Notes under the pieces: model-generated
Told to the model about the DNA's origin: nothing
The model's input: only the letters and a program-made list of their open reading frames with translations
Database searches by the model: none
Made by a program: the position numbers and the translations under genes
Part shown: positions 40,536 to 52,788 of the stretch, piece after piece
Layout of the letters: every line of letters starts with the position of its first letter
How positions within the stretch are numbered: the stretch's first letter is position 1
Assembly: GCF_006345805.1 (NCBI RefSeq)
Contig: NC_043003.1
Coordinates: 102,300,001 to 102,364,000 of the forward strand
Reading direction: 5' to 3'
DNA: 64,000 nucleotides
From: Octopus sinensis
Taxonomy: Eukaryota

Positions 40536-41393
40536 TATGACCTCTTGGCTGAAACAGCTGTAAGAAACTATTCTACTTTCAATGTTCTACGTTACATATT
40601 TTAATAATTACTGGTATTTTTATATATGTAAAGCATAAAATGTTATACATGTATGTATATTGTTATAATAATTAAAAAAAATAATAAATAGACGTAATAT
40701 AATGTCTAAAAGTTGATGAATACCACCTCTTGATCCCCTCTATTTTTTTATTGCTGTATATATATATATATATATATATATCATCAACATCATCATCATT
40801 TAATGTCAGTTGTCCATGCTGGCATGGGTTAGATGGTTTGACTGGGCTGGCACACTGGAAGGCTGTGCCAGGATCCAGTCTGATTTGGCATAGTTTTACA
40901 CAGCCAGATGCCCTTCCTAATGCCACCCACACCAAGAGTGTAATGGGTACTTTTATGTTCCACCGGCAGGGGTGCCATTTGCATGACACTAGAGTGCATT
41001 AATGTGCCAGTGACACGGGTGTCAATTTGCATGACACTGATATCTGCCACGACTGTGATTTTGCTTGGTTTGCTTGGGTCTTCTTCTCAAGTACAACGTA
41101 ATGCCAAGGCCTTGCCTATTTCCTCCATGAGGCTCAATGCTCGAAATGAACTCAGCCACATTGCCTCTATATTAAGTAGAAAGTTTCCTATTCTTTACTT
41201 TACTTGAAGTAATAGTCTGTCCTATACTTTTACAGGTGTAATAACTTGTCCTGTACTTTTCCAGGTTTATAATCTTCAGAATATTATTTCTCTTGCTCGT
41301 ATTTTTCCATGTAATCCATGATTATCCAGGCATTGCTGTTAATAATGTGTCAATTAATAATTTAAGATTTTACCTTATAAAAATACATATGTA

Positions 41394-41440
<47 letters not shown>

Positions 41441-41445
<5 letters not shown>

Positions 41446-41713
41446 TTTATTTTAAGCAGCAGAAAATTCAACAAAATCTGTTACTCTGAGTTTCTCGTTG
41501 CCGTTCATCAGACAGTTTTTGCCGTCATCAGACAGTTTTTGCCGTTCATCAGACAGTTTTTCTAGCAAAAACTGTCTGATGAACGGCAACGAGAAACTCA
41601 GAGTAACAGATTTTGTTGAATTTTCTGCTGCTTAAAATAAAGCATATTACTCTACCACTGGTATTTGAGTACTCTTTTTTCCACCTTGTTTCACATTTAT
41701 GTGTTTACTCCGG
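41441..41713. mobile_element. Penelope-like pseudo-LTR fold-back carrying hammerheads
   Basis: ~80-nt essentially perfect inverted arms, three tandem ~21-nt units at the centre, right arm extended by ~70 nt; flanked by (TA)n. Confidence 0.75.
41478..41609. ncRNA. Head-to-head pair of hammerhead motifs (minus 41478-41515, plus 41572-41609)
   Basis: Each arm reads ctgt CTGATGA a-cg-GCAA-cg-a GAA ACTC-A-GAGT A acag. Stem I is 4 bp, stem III is near-palindromic, the cleavage triplet is GUA, and 10.1/11.1 is an A-A mismatch. Confidence 0.72.
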
Positions 41714-41829
41714 TATATATATATATATATATATATCATCAGTAGAAGTTAGACAGTAAGTCAAAAGCTGAGAGTTTCGTGTATTGGTACTTATCAAACA
41801 CAAATTTGTCCATTGTCACTCTGTAACTT

Positions 41830-42240
41830 CTGATGAAATAACTTCTAAAATACAAAATTTTGTCCAAAACGTTAAGAGTAAAACCTGTTCTATGTGACAC
41901 ATTTTAACAGTATTGGAAGTTTGAAAGTGTTTAGTTAAAAAAAAATAACTAAATAATCTGTACGTCTAATTGAATAGATCCGAAATGGAGGAAAGGCAAA
42001 GTCGACCTCAACGGAATTTGAACTCAGAACGAAATACCGCTTCTAAATTATGAAATTTTTTCAAAAACGTTATGAGTAAACCCTGTTCTATGTGACACAT
42101 TCTACCAGTATTGGAAGTTTGAAAGTGTTTAGTTAAAAAAAAAAATTAATGAAGTAATCAAAGTCAACCTCAGTGAAATTTGAACTCAAAAACGTAAAGA
42201 CAGACAAAATACAGTTAAGCATTTCACTCGACGCACTAAC
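41830..42240 (+). repeat. Local direct duplication (~200-nt unit, 2 diverged copies), each ending in a SINE fragment
   Basis: aaaacgtta.gagtaaa.cctgttctatgtgacacatt.ta.cagtattggaagtttgaaagtgtttagttaaaaa occurs twice. Confidence 0.85.
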
Positions 42241-44713
42241 TTAGAAAGTAAACGTTGCTTTTAGGAATATATTCTTTATTCTTATAGCTGAAGCATTACT
42301 CTCTTACTTACTGACAGGAAATTTTGTAATATTTTCCTCATAACTCTTTTCCTACTAATTATTGTTCAATGCAACTAGTGATTCTGAATTCCTCATGCAT
42401 TTTTCTATCATTTAAGCCTAAGAAAGATATACTTTTAATTTAAAATTAAAAAGTTTATCTTAATTGAAGGTGAATAGGTGCCTTACTGCCCCCCTCCCCT
42501 TGAGGTCACAGATATTTTGATGTAACTTTTTTGCTACTGAACAAAATCTCAAACTATTTATGCCAAAGTGTAGCCGAGGAGGTGTCCTCTTTAAAACTAT
42601 TAACAGTTTGCAATTTAGTTGAGAACTGAATTAGTGGTGAATCTTAGAAGCTGCTGCGATTGATAAAATGGTGGACTTAAGAATATATTCAAGAATATAT
42701 ATATATATATACAACTTCTAAATAAGGGCAAACGAAAAAATTTCTAATGCCAAATATGCCGAAATTGGACATATTATCCATAACCATATAATTTTTCACA
42801 ATACGCACACTACTTGAAAAAAGGTCAACAGAAATTTCTAAAAAATTCCATTATTACCATATTGGACTGATTTCAGGGTTAGTTCATAAGATTCCTCCCT
42901 CCGTCAGTGATAAATGTGGCAAAGAAATAAATGAGATACTTACTCATACTCATATACACACACACACACACACACATATATGATTCGCTTACAATTGTGC
43001 CAGTGTGCTGGCACAATTGTTATCCTGTTCAGTATGAACAGTGGAATCAAAACTCAGAGTAACTCCAACCTCAATCCAATGGCTGCTGCAGGTGCTGATA
43101 CTTATGCTGTTGTAGTTACTGTGTATCACTATGAGGCAGTTACACTGTTGAACCAGTGAAACAACCAACCATCCAGTTAAACAACAACACAAACAACAAC
43201 AACAACAACAACAAAAACAACAACAACAACAACAACAACAATATCGGCAACAGCAAGTATGAGAAGTTGGTGTAGGATTCCGTTGTTGGTGCATGATGAG
43301 GTGTGATACAAGAAAAGCATGTTTGCCTGACATTCTCAGCAAATCATTTTTATCAGATAAACAGTTTTTGCAGTGTTTGATGCTGTGAAGGTCAGAATGT
43401 GTCAAAGCTATTTGAGAAGCAGTGGAGTGGGCATGATAGGGTGAGTGTGAGATGGTAGTGACACTTTAGCGGGTGCCAGTGGCATTCAGTGCTTGCACTA
43501 ATATGTGAATGAGGCAGGGAGTCAGAGAAGGGGTTGAGCTGGCATGATGCAGTGATAGATGGGATGTGTACAGTTAATGGATTAGTGTGGATTAATGGAT
43601 TAGTTAAGTAACCTGAGGAGAGACAAAGAGAATGGTAAAGACAATTGAAGTAACAACATCAAGGATATGGACAGTATAGGGAGTAATAAATAGGATATAA
43701 GGGAGAGAGCTGTTGGACGTATAGGGCACTAATAGAAAGGGTATAAAACAGTGGGGGTCAGGGTCAAGCTGTTAGAACACACAAGGGATTGGGTAAATGT
43801 AGAGAAGAGAGGGGGAGGGGGAGAGAAAGAGAGAGAGAGGGAGAGAGAGAGAAAGAGAGAGAGCTTATGTAGCACTCAGTATAGAAAAAGAGTGTAACAG
43901 CAGTAGAAGCAATTATGTAGGGTTGGAATAAATGGGTTTCAAGTCGATATAAATGGTTATTGATGTGAATAGTGAGGCTGAGTTTGTTGGAGGTGACGAG
44001 AGAAGATACAATCTTGTCATATTGATTTCTGTCAGTTAACATCACTGTATGGTGACAGAGTACAGGTGTCAGTGTTGATGTATGGGTGGTAGTTGCCGAA
44101 GATGGTGGAAAAAGAGTTGGTGATAATATTAGTGGTAACAGTTGTTGAGATTGTGGTGGTGGTAGTTGATCTCTTTTCTACCAGTGATCATGTGTGAGTG
44201 TGTGTGTGTATACACATATAAATGTATATATGTACATATGTTTATACACCTATGCACACATGTACAAAAACAATGGAACTTCAGTTTTTTTTTCTTTTAT
44301 TTCCAATACGTTTATAGAAATCTCAAGCTCCTTCTGATCCACCATGACAGTAGGTTCCCCACTGTCCAGGTGGGGAACCTATATGCCAAGGAAACCAAGA
44401 AACCGGCCCTTATGAGCCAGGCATGGCTCAAGAAGGAATACATACATACATACCATGACTATTTACAACTGATTTTTATCAGTCACCATCGGTTTGTAAG
44501 CTGTGTCCCAGAAACAAAACAACAATTAGAATTTCAAAACATTGTCTACAATATATTAAATAGGGAACTATATAAGCAATATATTTTCAATGTTCGATCT
44601 GAATAAAATCATATTATTTTAATTAACTACTGGCATTTAAATACCAGCTTTTGGTGACACAAAATGCATTTACAATAGCAAAAATATAGGTCAGTTGACC
44701 CCAAAATGCTTAC

Positions 44714-44793
44714 CCCAAGGATCAAATGTTTTACTTCATCATCAGAGAGGAACGCAGGTTTCTGACTGACTTCTGTATGCGTTCGATTTGCTC
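44714..44793 (-). CDS. BMAL1: BMAL1/cycle exon: bHLH to PAS-A linker
   Basis: Acceptor ttttcaattgtag|GA; encodes (G)ANRTHTEVSQKPAFLSDDEVKHLILG, comparable to vertebrate ATNPYTEANYKPTFLSDDELKHLILR; donor GGG|gtaagc; 80 nt; phase fits both neighbours. Confidence 0.95.
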
Positions 44794-45373
44794 CTACAAT
44801 TGAAAATATTAGCTTAGATTAAGAGCCAAAAACCATAAATGTATTCTTCATGACTATATTTTGTAGGTTAGGTAACAACACTGAAACTCCCTTATTAATC
44901 TATGTAGGTACTTAAGTGGTTTGGCAATAGTTGTCTGTGAGTTCAAATGCTGTCAATACTAAATTTATATTGTTTGAAGGTTATTAATGTTTCACCACAG
45001 ATCAACTTTACTCCAATACATATGATAAAAGCATTCCAGCTTTAACAATCCCAGATTATTTTCATTTTCATCTATAGCGTATTTAGCACTATATTATCCA
45101 ACATATTGTTCTTTTTTTTTTTTTTTTTTACAACAGATAGGATGTAACTAGAACAAAACCTAACTTATATTACAAGAACTTAAGCAACTATGAAGTCATT
45201 AGTTTTTCTTTGTTATGTTTGGCAGTTGATAAAGCAACACCTAGAGTAGTATTCTGGAACATTCAGCAGGAGACAAAACTAGAAGACGCTATACATACAT
45301 ACAACATAACACACACAGACACACACACACAGACACACAGAGACACACACACAGACAGACAGACAGACAGACA

Positions 45374-45412
<39 letters not shown>

Positions 45413-46730
45413 ATATATATATCCAAACAGATTGGCGAGGGTTTGCATCAGCAAGATTTGTATTATTTAGTGGAATTGATAAAAAAAAAAGGAGAATAGT
45501 GAAATAACCTTGGGGAGCAGAAAATGCAACATTTTGGACATAGCTCTACTTCAGGGGAAGTTGACACAAGAGAAATTTATGAGAGACAACTTGGTTTTAC
45601 ATTTTCTAAGTTAGAAAAACTGGCTGTGACAGAGAAAAGATGTTGGGATACAGGAGCTTCATATGTGATTAGGAATGGAATTAGGAAAAGTGGGCAAAGT
45701 CAAGTATGAAGGGAAAAGATGAAGTAGAAAGGGAAGTTGGCGGATAAGAAAGAAGAGGAAGAAAGGATGACAGACATTTTAACCACAATACCTAAGCAAC
45801 ATTTTCAATTTTCTGGAGTTTTTAAACCTTTTCTTTGCTTATTAAACCGTTTCTTATTCTTCAGCCTGTCTCTCACCTAATCTTTTCCTCTCACCTAATC
45901 TTTTCCTCTCACCTCACTCTTGATTTGCCTTTTTCTCCTCTTCACTCCATTCCTCTTTCCTCCTACTTTCTCAAACTGTTTCTCCTCCCACTTTCTGTTC
46001 AGGTATGAAGCTTCCATGGAAGCTTCATTCTTTATCAGTTGCAGCCAGTTTTGTTCTAACTTAGAGAGTGGAAAACTATGCATGCTCTGTCTCATTAATT
46101 TCTCTCCAGTCAACTTTACCCCAAATGAGGACTGTCCAAAGTGCTGGATTTACTACTCTCCATGGCAAGTTCACTGTAATCTGTTTGTCGATTATACCAC
46201 ATACACACAAACATGCATGCATGCGCATATGCACACACACACACACACATGAGTGTGCACACATGAGTGTGCACACATGCACATATGTACTATAAAAATT
46301 TACAGACTGCAAACAATATGAAGCAAGTTATTTTTAATGGTTAAACTCAAAGGAGGTAAAGCTACGACTAACAGCATCTGGAATATTAGGCTAAAAAATT
46401 CTCTTGGACAGAAAAAGTTGAAGGCTACCCCATGGAACACAAACCCACATTTTCTATAGCCATGACATGTCTTAACCATTAAATCAAAGCAACATTTCAA
46501 ATCTTTTGGAGATCCACCATTAAAAATAATTTACAATATATGTATGTATGTGTGCCTGTATGTATGAGTGTATGTATGTGTGTATGAATGTATGTGTCTA
46601 TGTTTGTATGTATGTATGTGTGTGCATTTATATATGTTTGTATGAATTTATATGTATGTATTACACACACACACATATAACATCATCTTCATTGTTTAAC
46701 GTCTGCCTTCCATGCTAGCATGGGTGAAAA

Positions 46731-46784
<54 letters not shown>

Positions 46785-48892
46785 CACCCATTTGTACACA
46801 TTGAAAAAATACACATATATTAATATATATATATAATGTATTTAAATATATGTGTGTGTGTGTGTGTGTATTTATATATGTATATTATTATGCACATGCA
46901 TATATCTATCTATATACATTATACTGTAGTTGTCAGTTATTCCAAACCATTAAGTTTCTTGTGTATTACAGGTCTAATTCTTATGTGCTTTGTAGTAGTA
47001 TCAAAGCAAGCAATTCTTCAAACAGCATGTTTGCCAAACAGAATAAAATAATAGAAAAAAACAGGAAAATTTTTAAATGGAATTATATAGAAATAGTCTG
47101 AATTCACCCCTACCCAACCAGATGATTAATAACAGACGATTAATTCCCAATGTAGAATAATATAGAATGAGTTTAGTGAAGTTAACGTGCATTTATATAC
47201 AATTCTTTATGACAATATATGTATCATACTTATATGTTTTATGTGCACAAAACTTTTAATGCACATCTGATGGTATAAATGGCAGTGAGCTGGCAGAAAC
47301 GTTAGCACTCCGAGCGAAATGTGTAGCCGTATTTCGTCTGCCGTTACGTTCTGAGTTCAAATTCCGCCGAGGTCGACTTTGCCTTTCATCCTTTCGGGGT
47401 TGATTAAATAAGTACCAGTTATGCACTGGGGTCGATATAATCGATTTAATCCGTTTGTCTGTCCTTGTTTGTCCTCTCTGTGTGGTAGAATTAGTAGTTG
47501 TAGTAGTGGCAACAACAGCAGCAGCTTTTCTTTACTCTTTTCTTTCTACTTCTGTCCGCAGGAGTGTTTGTTTCACTGTGCCTCCTTTTCCACCTTTCAT
47601 TGTACACACAACAAACTGGTTGGTGTCAGGAAGGGCATCAACTACAAAAACTATGCCAAAGTAGGCACTGGACCATGGTGTGGCTTTCAAATCCACTGGA
47701 TCCTGTCAAACTCTCCAACCTACACCAGCAGAAAACATGGATGTTAAGTGATGATGATTGTGCTTCTTACATACAACTTCATTGTTACTGACATAGATAC
47801 ATTTACAGATAACTTGTTTGCAGATGATCTGATTAACAAATATCATTTATCAATGACCCCTATATAGAGAAAATATATGTTTCTGAAGCTATATCAATAT
47901 ATGTATTTCTTCAGCATCTCAGAGAGCTAGGAGACACAAAAGCACATTTCTACACATGCAGTTCTTCATACATATTTCTCATTCATTTTTCAAGACCAAA
48001 GACCTTACGCGTCTTATACAGTGTTTATGACACATCTCAAGAACTCTATGCATTTTTCATGATACACAAAGAAACATTTCTTCTGTTTAGCATACATGCA
48101 TGCACTGACACATATGCATGCATGTGCATGCAGACACACACTACACACACACTCATATATATATGTGCATATTATTCCACAAATAGGTCCAGCTTACCAA
48201 ACAAGTGTAGGAAGTCATTGATGATGATGATGATGATGATGATAATGGTGATAATAACTATAGTAATACAAATCAAGGGAATTTTGATCACATTGACTTT
48301 GACTAAATAAATATAATCTGTGGGTTCTGTGAATTACGATTGGTTGCTAAGTAACATCTAATGTTATAAAGAAGTGGGGCAGTGTTTGCTAACTCACATG
48401 TAGATAATGACACCCTTATACATGTATGTGTGTGTGTGTGTGTGTGCGCGCGCACGCATGTGTGTGTATGTATTTGTGTGTGCACTTGTATATATGTAGT
48501 GTAGATGTATATAATGTGAGTAGTTGTGTAGTTCCTCTACAGCAAGAATCTTATTATGTTTGGATCCTCTTCCCTTACACTTTAACCCTTTGTCTCCTAG
48601 TGTAAACTCACCTCTCTCTATTGTAGTCCTACTCAGTTGAAGTGGATCTCAATCTTACAAGCTGCATAGAAACCTCACGAGCTAGTGTCATGAAAAAAGG
48701 CACCCAATACATGGTGTAAGGTGGTTGGCATTTGGAAGGGCATCCATAGAGACCATGTCAAAGCAGACATCGAAACATGATGCAGTTTATGACCCTTTGG
48801 ACCTGACAAACTGTCAAACTGTCAAACTGTCTAGCCCATGACAGCATTCAATGTGGACATTAAAAGACGATGACAATGAGATGATGATGTAG

Positions 48893-48924
<32 letters not shown>

Positions 48925-49079
48925 GCACAGGCATGGCTGTGTGGTAGGAAGCTTGCTTCCCAACCATACAGTTCCAGGTTCAGTCCCACAGCATGGTACC
49001 TTGGGCAAGTGTCTTCTACTATAACCTTGGGCCAACTAAAGCCTTGAGTATATTTGGTAGACAGAAACTGGAAGATACC

Positions 49080-49126
<47 letters not shown>

Positions 49127-49524
49127 CCAACAAGTGTGTTTTGTTTCTGTATTTGTCCCCAATCACTGCTTGACAACCAATGTTGCTGTATTTGCATCCC
49201 TATAACTTAGTGATTGAGCAAAAAAGACCAATAAGATAAGTACTTGGCTTGAAAAATAAGTCCTGGGGCTCAATTGTTCAACTAAAAACCCTTCAAGTAC
49301 TTTTGCCTCATCATCAGCATCTATGCTGCCATGAAGAGTCAACTAACAATTATAGTGAGAGTAAAAAATGTTGCATAGACCTTACTGAGAACACTTTTAC
49401 ATCAAAGCCTACTCAGCATATATATACTCAGCATATATATATTTATCATATATACACTCAGCATATATACACTCAGCATATGCACACTCTCAGACATACA
49501 GGGGAAAACATGTGTCAACACTTT

Positions 49525-49740
49525 TGAAATATATTCGGAGCTTAAAAAGCAAAAGAACCAACTACAACATTAAATAGTCCATTATAAAATCTGCTCCAGT
49601 CTATTTTAATGGTAACAAGTGCCAACCCTTCTTAGAAGAACAGTCTAACATTCTCACTCAACCTCTCAGATTGTTAAATTCTAAATTGGAGTTGATTTCT
49701 TCATGTCTCTCTTAAAGAAAGTCTTGTCTAAGATTCTTTA
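49525..49740 (+). mobile_element. Penelope-like element, GIY-YIG endonuclease C-terminal remnant
   Basis: KYIRSLKSKRTNYNIK*SIIKSAPVYFNGNKCQPFLEEQSNIL...LLNSKLELISSC resembles the PLE motif YIW.LK....Y.IKW.II..A..Y......C.LCL.EK..I.....LLN...ELIS.C; the TAG is probably a decayed TGG. Confidence 0.7.
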
Positions 49741-50439
49741 AGCTGCCAACTGGATAAAACTCAAAATTTCCTAATCATCTCTGGAAATGTTCATGCCTTA
49801 TGTCCATTGACTCACCAATAAACTGTTCGATGCATTAATGTTATTTATCAATCTTTACAGGTATCCACCATAACAGAATCCAACCTTTACATGTTTGATA
49901 TTCGCCACATCACATCACACCACAACCTCATAGCTATCACAGTTTGGAAATCACTCTCTCATCTTCATAACACAGCTTGCATAACATAGCTTTGGATGCT
50001 AATGCACTTACAATACACTACAGTTTACTCTTTTACTTGTTTCAGTCATTTGACTGCGGCCATGCTGGAGCATCACCTTTAGTCGAGCAAATCGACCCCA
50101 TTCTTTGTAAGCCTACTACTTATTCTATTAGACTCTTTTGCTGAACCGCTAGGTTACGGGGATGTAAACACACCAGCATCGGTTGTCAAGTGGTGTTGGG
50201 GGGGGGACAAACAGACACACAAACATATACACACACACACACACACATATATATATAATATATATACATATATATGACGGGCTTCTTTCAGTTTCCGTCT
50301 ACCAAATCCACTCACAAGGCTTTGGTCAACCTGAGGCTATAGTAGAAGACACTTGCCCAAGGTGCCATGCAGTGGGACTGAACTCGGAACCGTGTAGTAG
50401 TCATGTGAGCTTGATTGTGCCATTATTTTCTTTCTGGTT

Positions 50440-50937
50440 TTACAGTGTAAGCATGGCGGTTCCAGTAGCAATGTGCACCAAAGAAGAACAAAGAGCAGTG
50501 ATCCAATTTCTCTGATCAGAAGGTGTGTCAGGTGCTGAAATTTATCAGAGGCTTTTAGCACAATATGGGGACTGTGCACCACTGTGAAGAATTGTGTATG
50601 AGTGGATTGAGATATTCAAAAGTGACCAGACAAGCATGATGCACAAAGAGGAAGCAGCATGCCCATCAACCTCCACCACTGATGAGAAGATTCAGCAAGC
50701 TCGAGAGATGGTAATGGTGAACCAGTTCCCCATTACCATCTCTCAGATCACTGCTGTTTGTTCTTCTTTGATGCACATTGCTAGTGGAGAAAAATGGTGT
50801 GATCAGGCTCAAACTTTGTGCACATGACCACAATAGTGCAAACTATAAGCACACATGCGCAGAAGGCTGTGTGACAATAATAAAGATATGTTATGGTGAA
50901 AGTGAGGATAATTTTTGACTTCCCCTCATATATATAT
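50440..50937 (+). mobile_element. Internally deleted mariner (N-terminal HTH coding remnant plus right end)
   Basis: MAVPVAMCTKEEQRAVIQFL*SEGVSGAEIYQRL...VYEWIEIFKS...STSTTDEKIQQAREMV; right end ...GGATAATTTTTGACTTCCCCTCATA. Confidence 0.75.
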
Positions 50938-50960
50938 ATATATAAATATATATATATATA

Positions 50961-51299
50961 CAATTGCAGTGTGGAAGGTGTTTATAAGCCATTTAAGAAA
51001 CACACAAAAACCGTTAGATTCACTTCAACATTTAAGTTTAATTTGTCAAAATATTTTCATCGCTTTGAGACCGCGACCTGTTCACTGACAAAAGTTTGTG
51101 TGGCACAATGTTTTTTCAGTGAACAGGTCATGGTTTCAAACAGACGAAAATATTTCGACAAATTAAATTTAAATGTTGAAGTGAATCTAACGATTTTTGT
51201 GTGTTTCTTTAATGGCTTACAAACACCTTCCATGCTGCAATTGTTTGCGTTCCAGCACACGATCTCAGATCAAGTCACTCGCTATGCAAGTACATCTCC

Positions 51300-51300
<1 letters not shown>
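50961..51300. mobile_element. Penelope-like fold-back (arms 50961-51092 and 51112-51243, right arm extended)
   Basis: ~130-nt inverted arms; produces the mirror ORFs 50893(+) and 51057(-); carries the G3:C8 hammerhead-like motif. Confidence 0.75.
51042..51092 (-). ncRNA. Hammerhead-like motif with G3:C8 core swap
   Basis: tttgtca GTGAACA g-gtcgc-ggtctcaaa-gcgat GAA AATATT T tgacaaa: 7-bp stem I, 5-bp stem II, palindromic stem III. The same GTGAACA is in the opposite arm (51119-51125, plus). Confidence 0.6.
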
Positions 51301-51330
<30 letters not shown>

Positions 51331-51550
51331 TATACACTCATTGATGCATATATATATATATATAATATATATATATAATATATATATAATATATATATAT
51401 TATATATATATATTATATATATATATACATTTATATATATATTATATATATATATATATATAATATATATAGATATATATATATAATTATATATAATACA
51501 TATATATATATATAATATATATATATATATTATATATATATATATACATT

Positions 51551-51584
<34 letters not shown>

Positions 51585-51702
51585 ATATATATATTAATAT
51601 ACACACACATATACAGCCATTGATGCATATATATATATCAGATCATCTGTAAACATAAATCCGAAAAAAGAAGCACGCTACAAGTTACAGAGCAGTATAT
51701 AT

Positions 51703-52120
51703 TAAAGTTAGATAAGGCTAGTTTATGGGATTACCTTAGGTTTCAAGTCCATAAAGGGCCTGGCTTTATGGTATATCATCAGATCCCAAAGATCTGTGAA
51801 CTAAAGGCCTCTCTACTGAGTGGCCTCTCTAGAATATGGAGGAGGAAATGAGATCATTACTCAAGGTCAACAAAGGGGATTCTTTCCCTTTGGCAATCGG
51901 TCACTGATGTCAACAGAGGGGGATGTATCCCTTTGGCTATCGATTGCTGGAGGCCCTGCTATCTCATGAGTTCTAATAAGTTAGCAGAAATGAGTAATGA
52001 GCTTATTCTAGAGAGGCCTTTAGCCAACAGGTTTTGGGATTTGATGATATGCCATAAAGCCAGGCTCTTCATGGATGTGAAACCTAAGGGAATCTCATAA
52101 ACCAGCTTTCTCTGACTTTA
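51703..52120. mobile_element. Penelope-like fold-back with hammerheads, ~110-150-nt imperfect arms
   Basis: taaagttagataaggctagtttatggga...ctaaaggcctctcta versus tagagaggcctttag...ataaaccagctttctctgacttta. Confidence 0.75.
51726..51788 (-). ncRNA. Type-I hammerhead motif with intact core on the Bmal1 sense strand
   Basis: tgggat CTGATGA tatac-cataaag-ccaggcc-ctttatg-gactt GAA ACC-TAA-GGT A atccca: 6-bp stem I, GUA triplet; the base of stem II is mismatched. Confidence 0.68.
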
Positions 52121-52620
52121 AGATATATATGCATATATTATACATATATATGTTTGTGTATATATATATCTACCATTGATGTATGTATATGCATGTAGGT
52201 GTGTATGTATATACGTGTATATATATATATATATATATATATATCATCATCGTCATCATCGTTTAACATCTGCTTTCCATGCTAACATGGGTTGGACGAT
52301 TTTGACTGAGTACTGGCAAACCAGATGGCTGCACCAGGCTCCAATCTTGATCTGGCAGAGTTTCTACAGCTGGATGCCCTTCCTAACGCCAACCACTCCG
52401 AGAGTGTAGTGGGTGCTTTTTACGTGCCACTGGCATGGGCGCTAGTCAGGCGGTACTGGCAATGACCTTGCTCGAATCTTTTTACATGTACCAGTGAAGC
52501 GACGTTGGTAACGATCATGCTCGGATTAGCACGCTACTAGCACATGCACAAGTACCAGTAAGGTGATGCTGGTAATGATCATACTCGAATGATGCCTTTT
52601 ATGTGCCACTGGCACAGAAG

Positions 52621-52729
<109 letters not shown>

Positions 52730-52757
52730 TATATTTATATATATATATATTATATAT

Positions 52758-52788
<31 letters not shown>

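Noticed and set aside
42989-43405. ORF with a long poly-Cys run
   Set aside because: Reverse complement of a (CAA)n microsatellite; the plus-strand poly-Gln frame has a stop just upstream.
50893-51378. Similar proteins encoded on both strands (50893+/51057-, also 62265-/62963+)
   Set aside because: A direct consequence of the inverted repeats, not paralogous genes.
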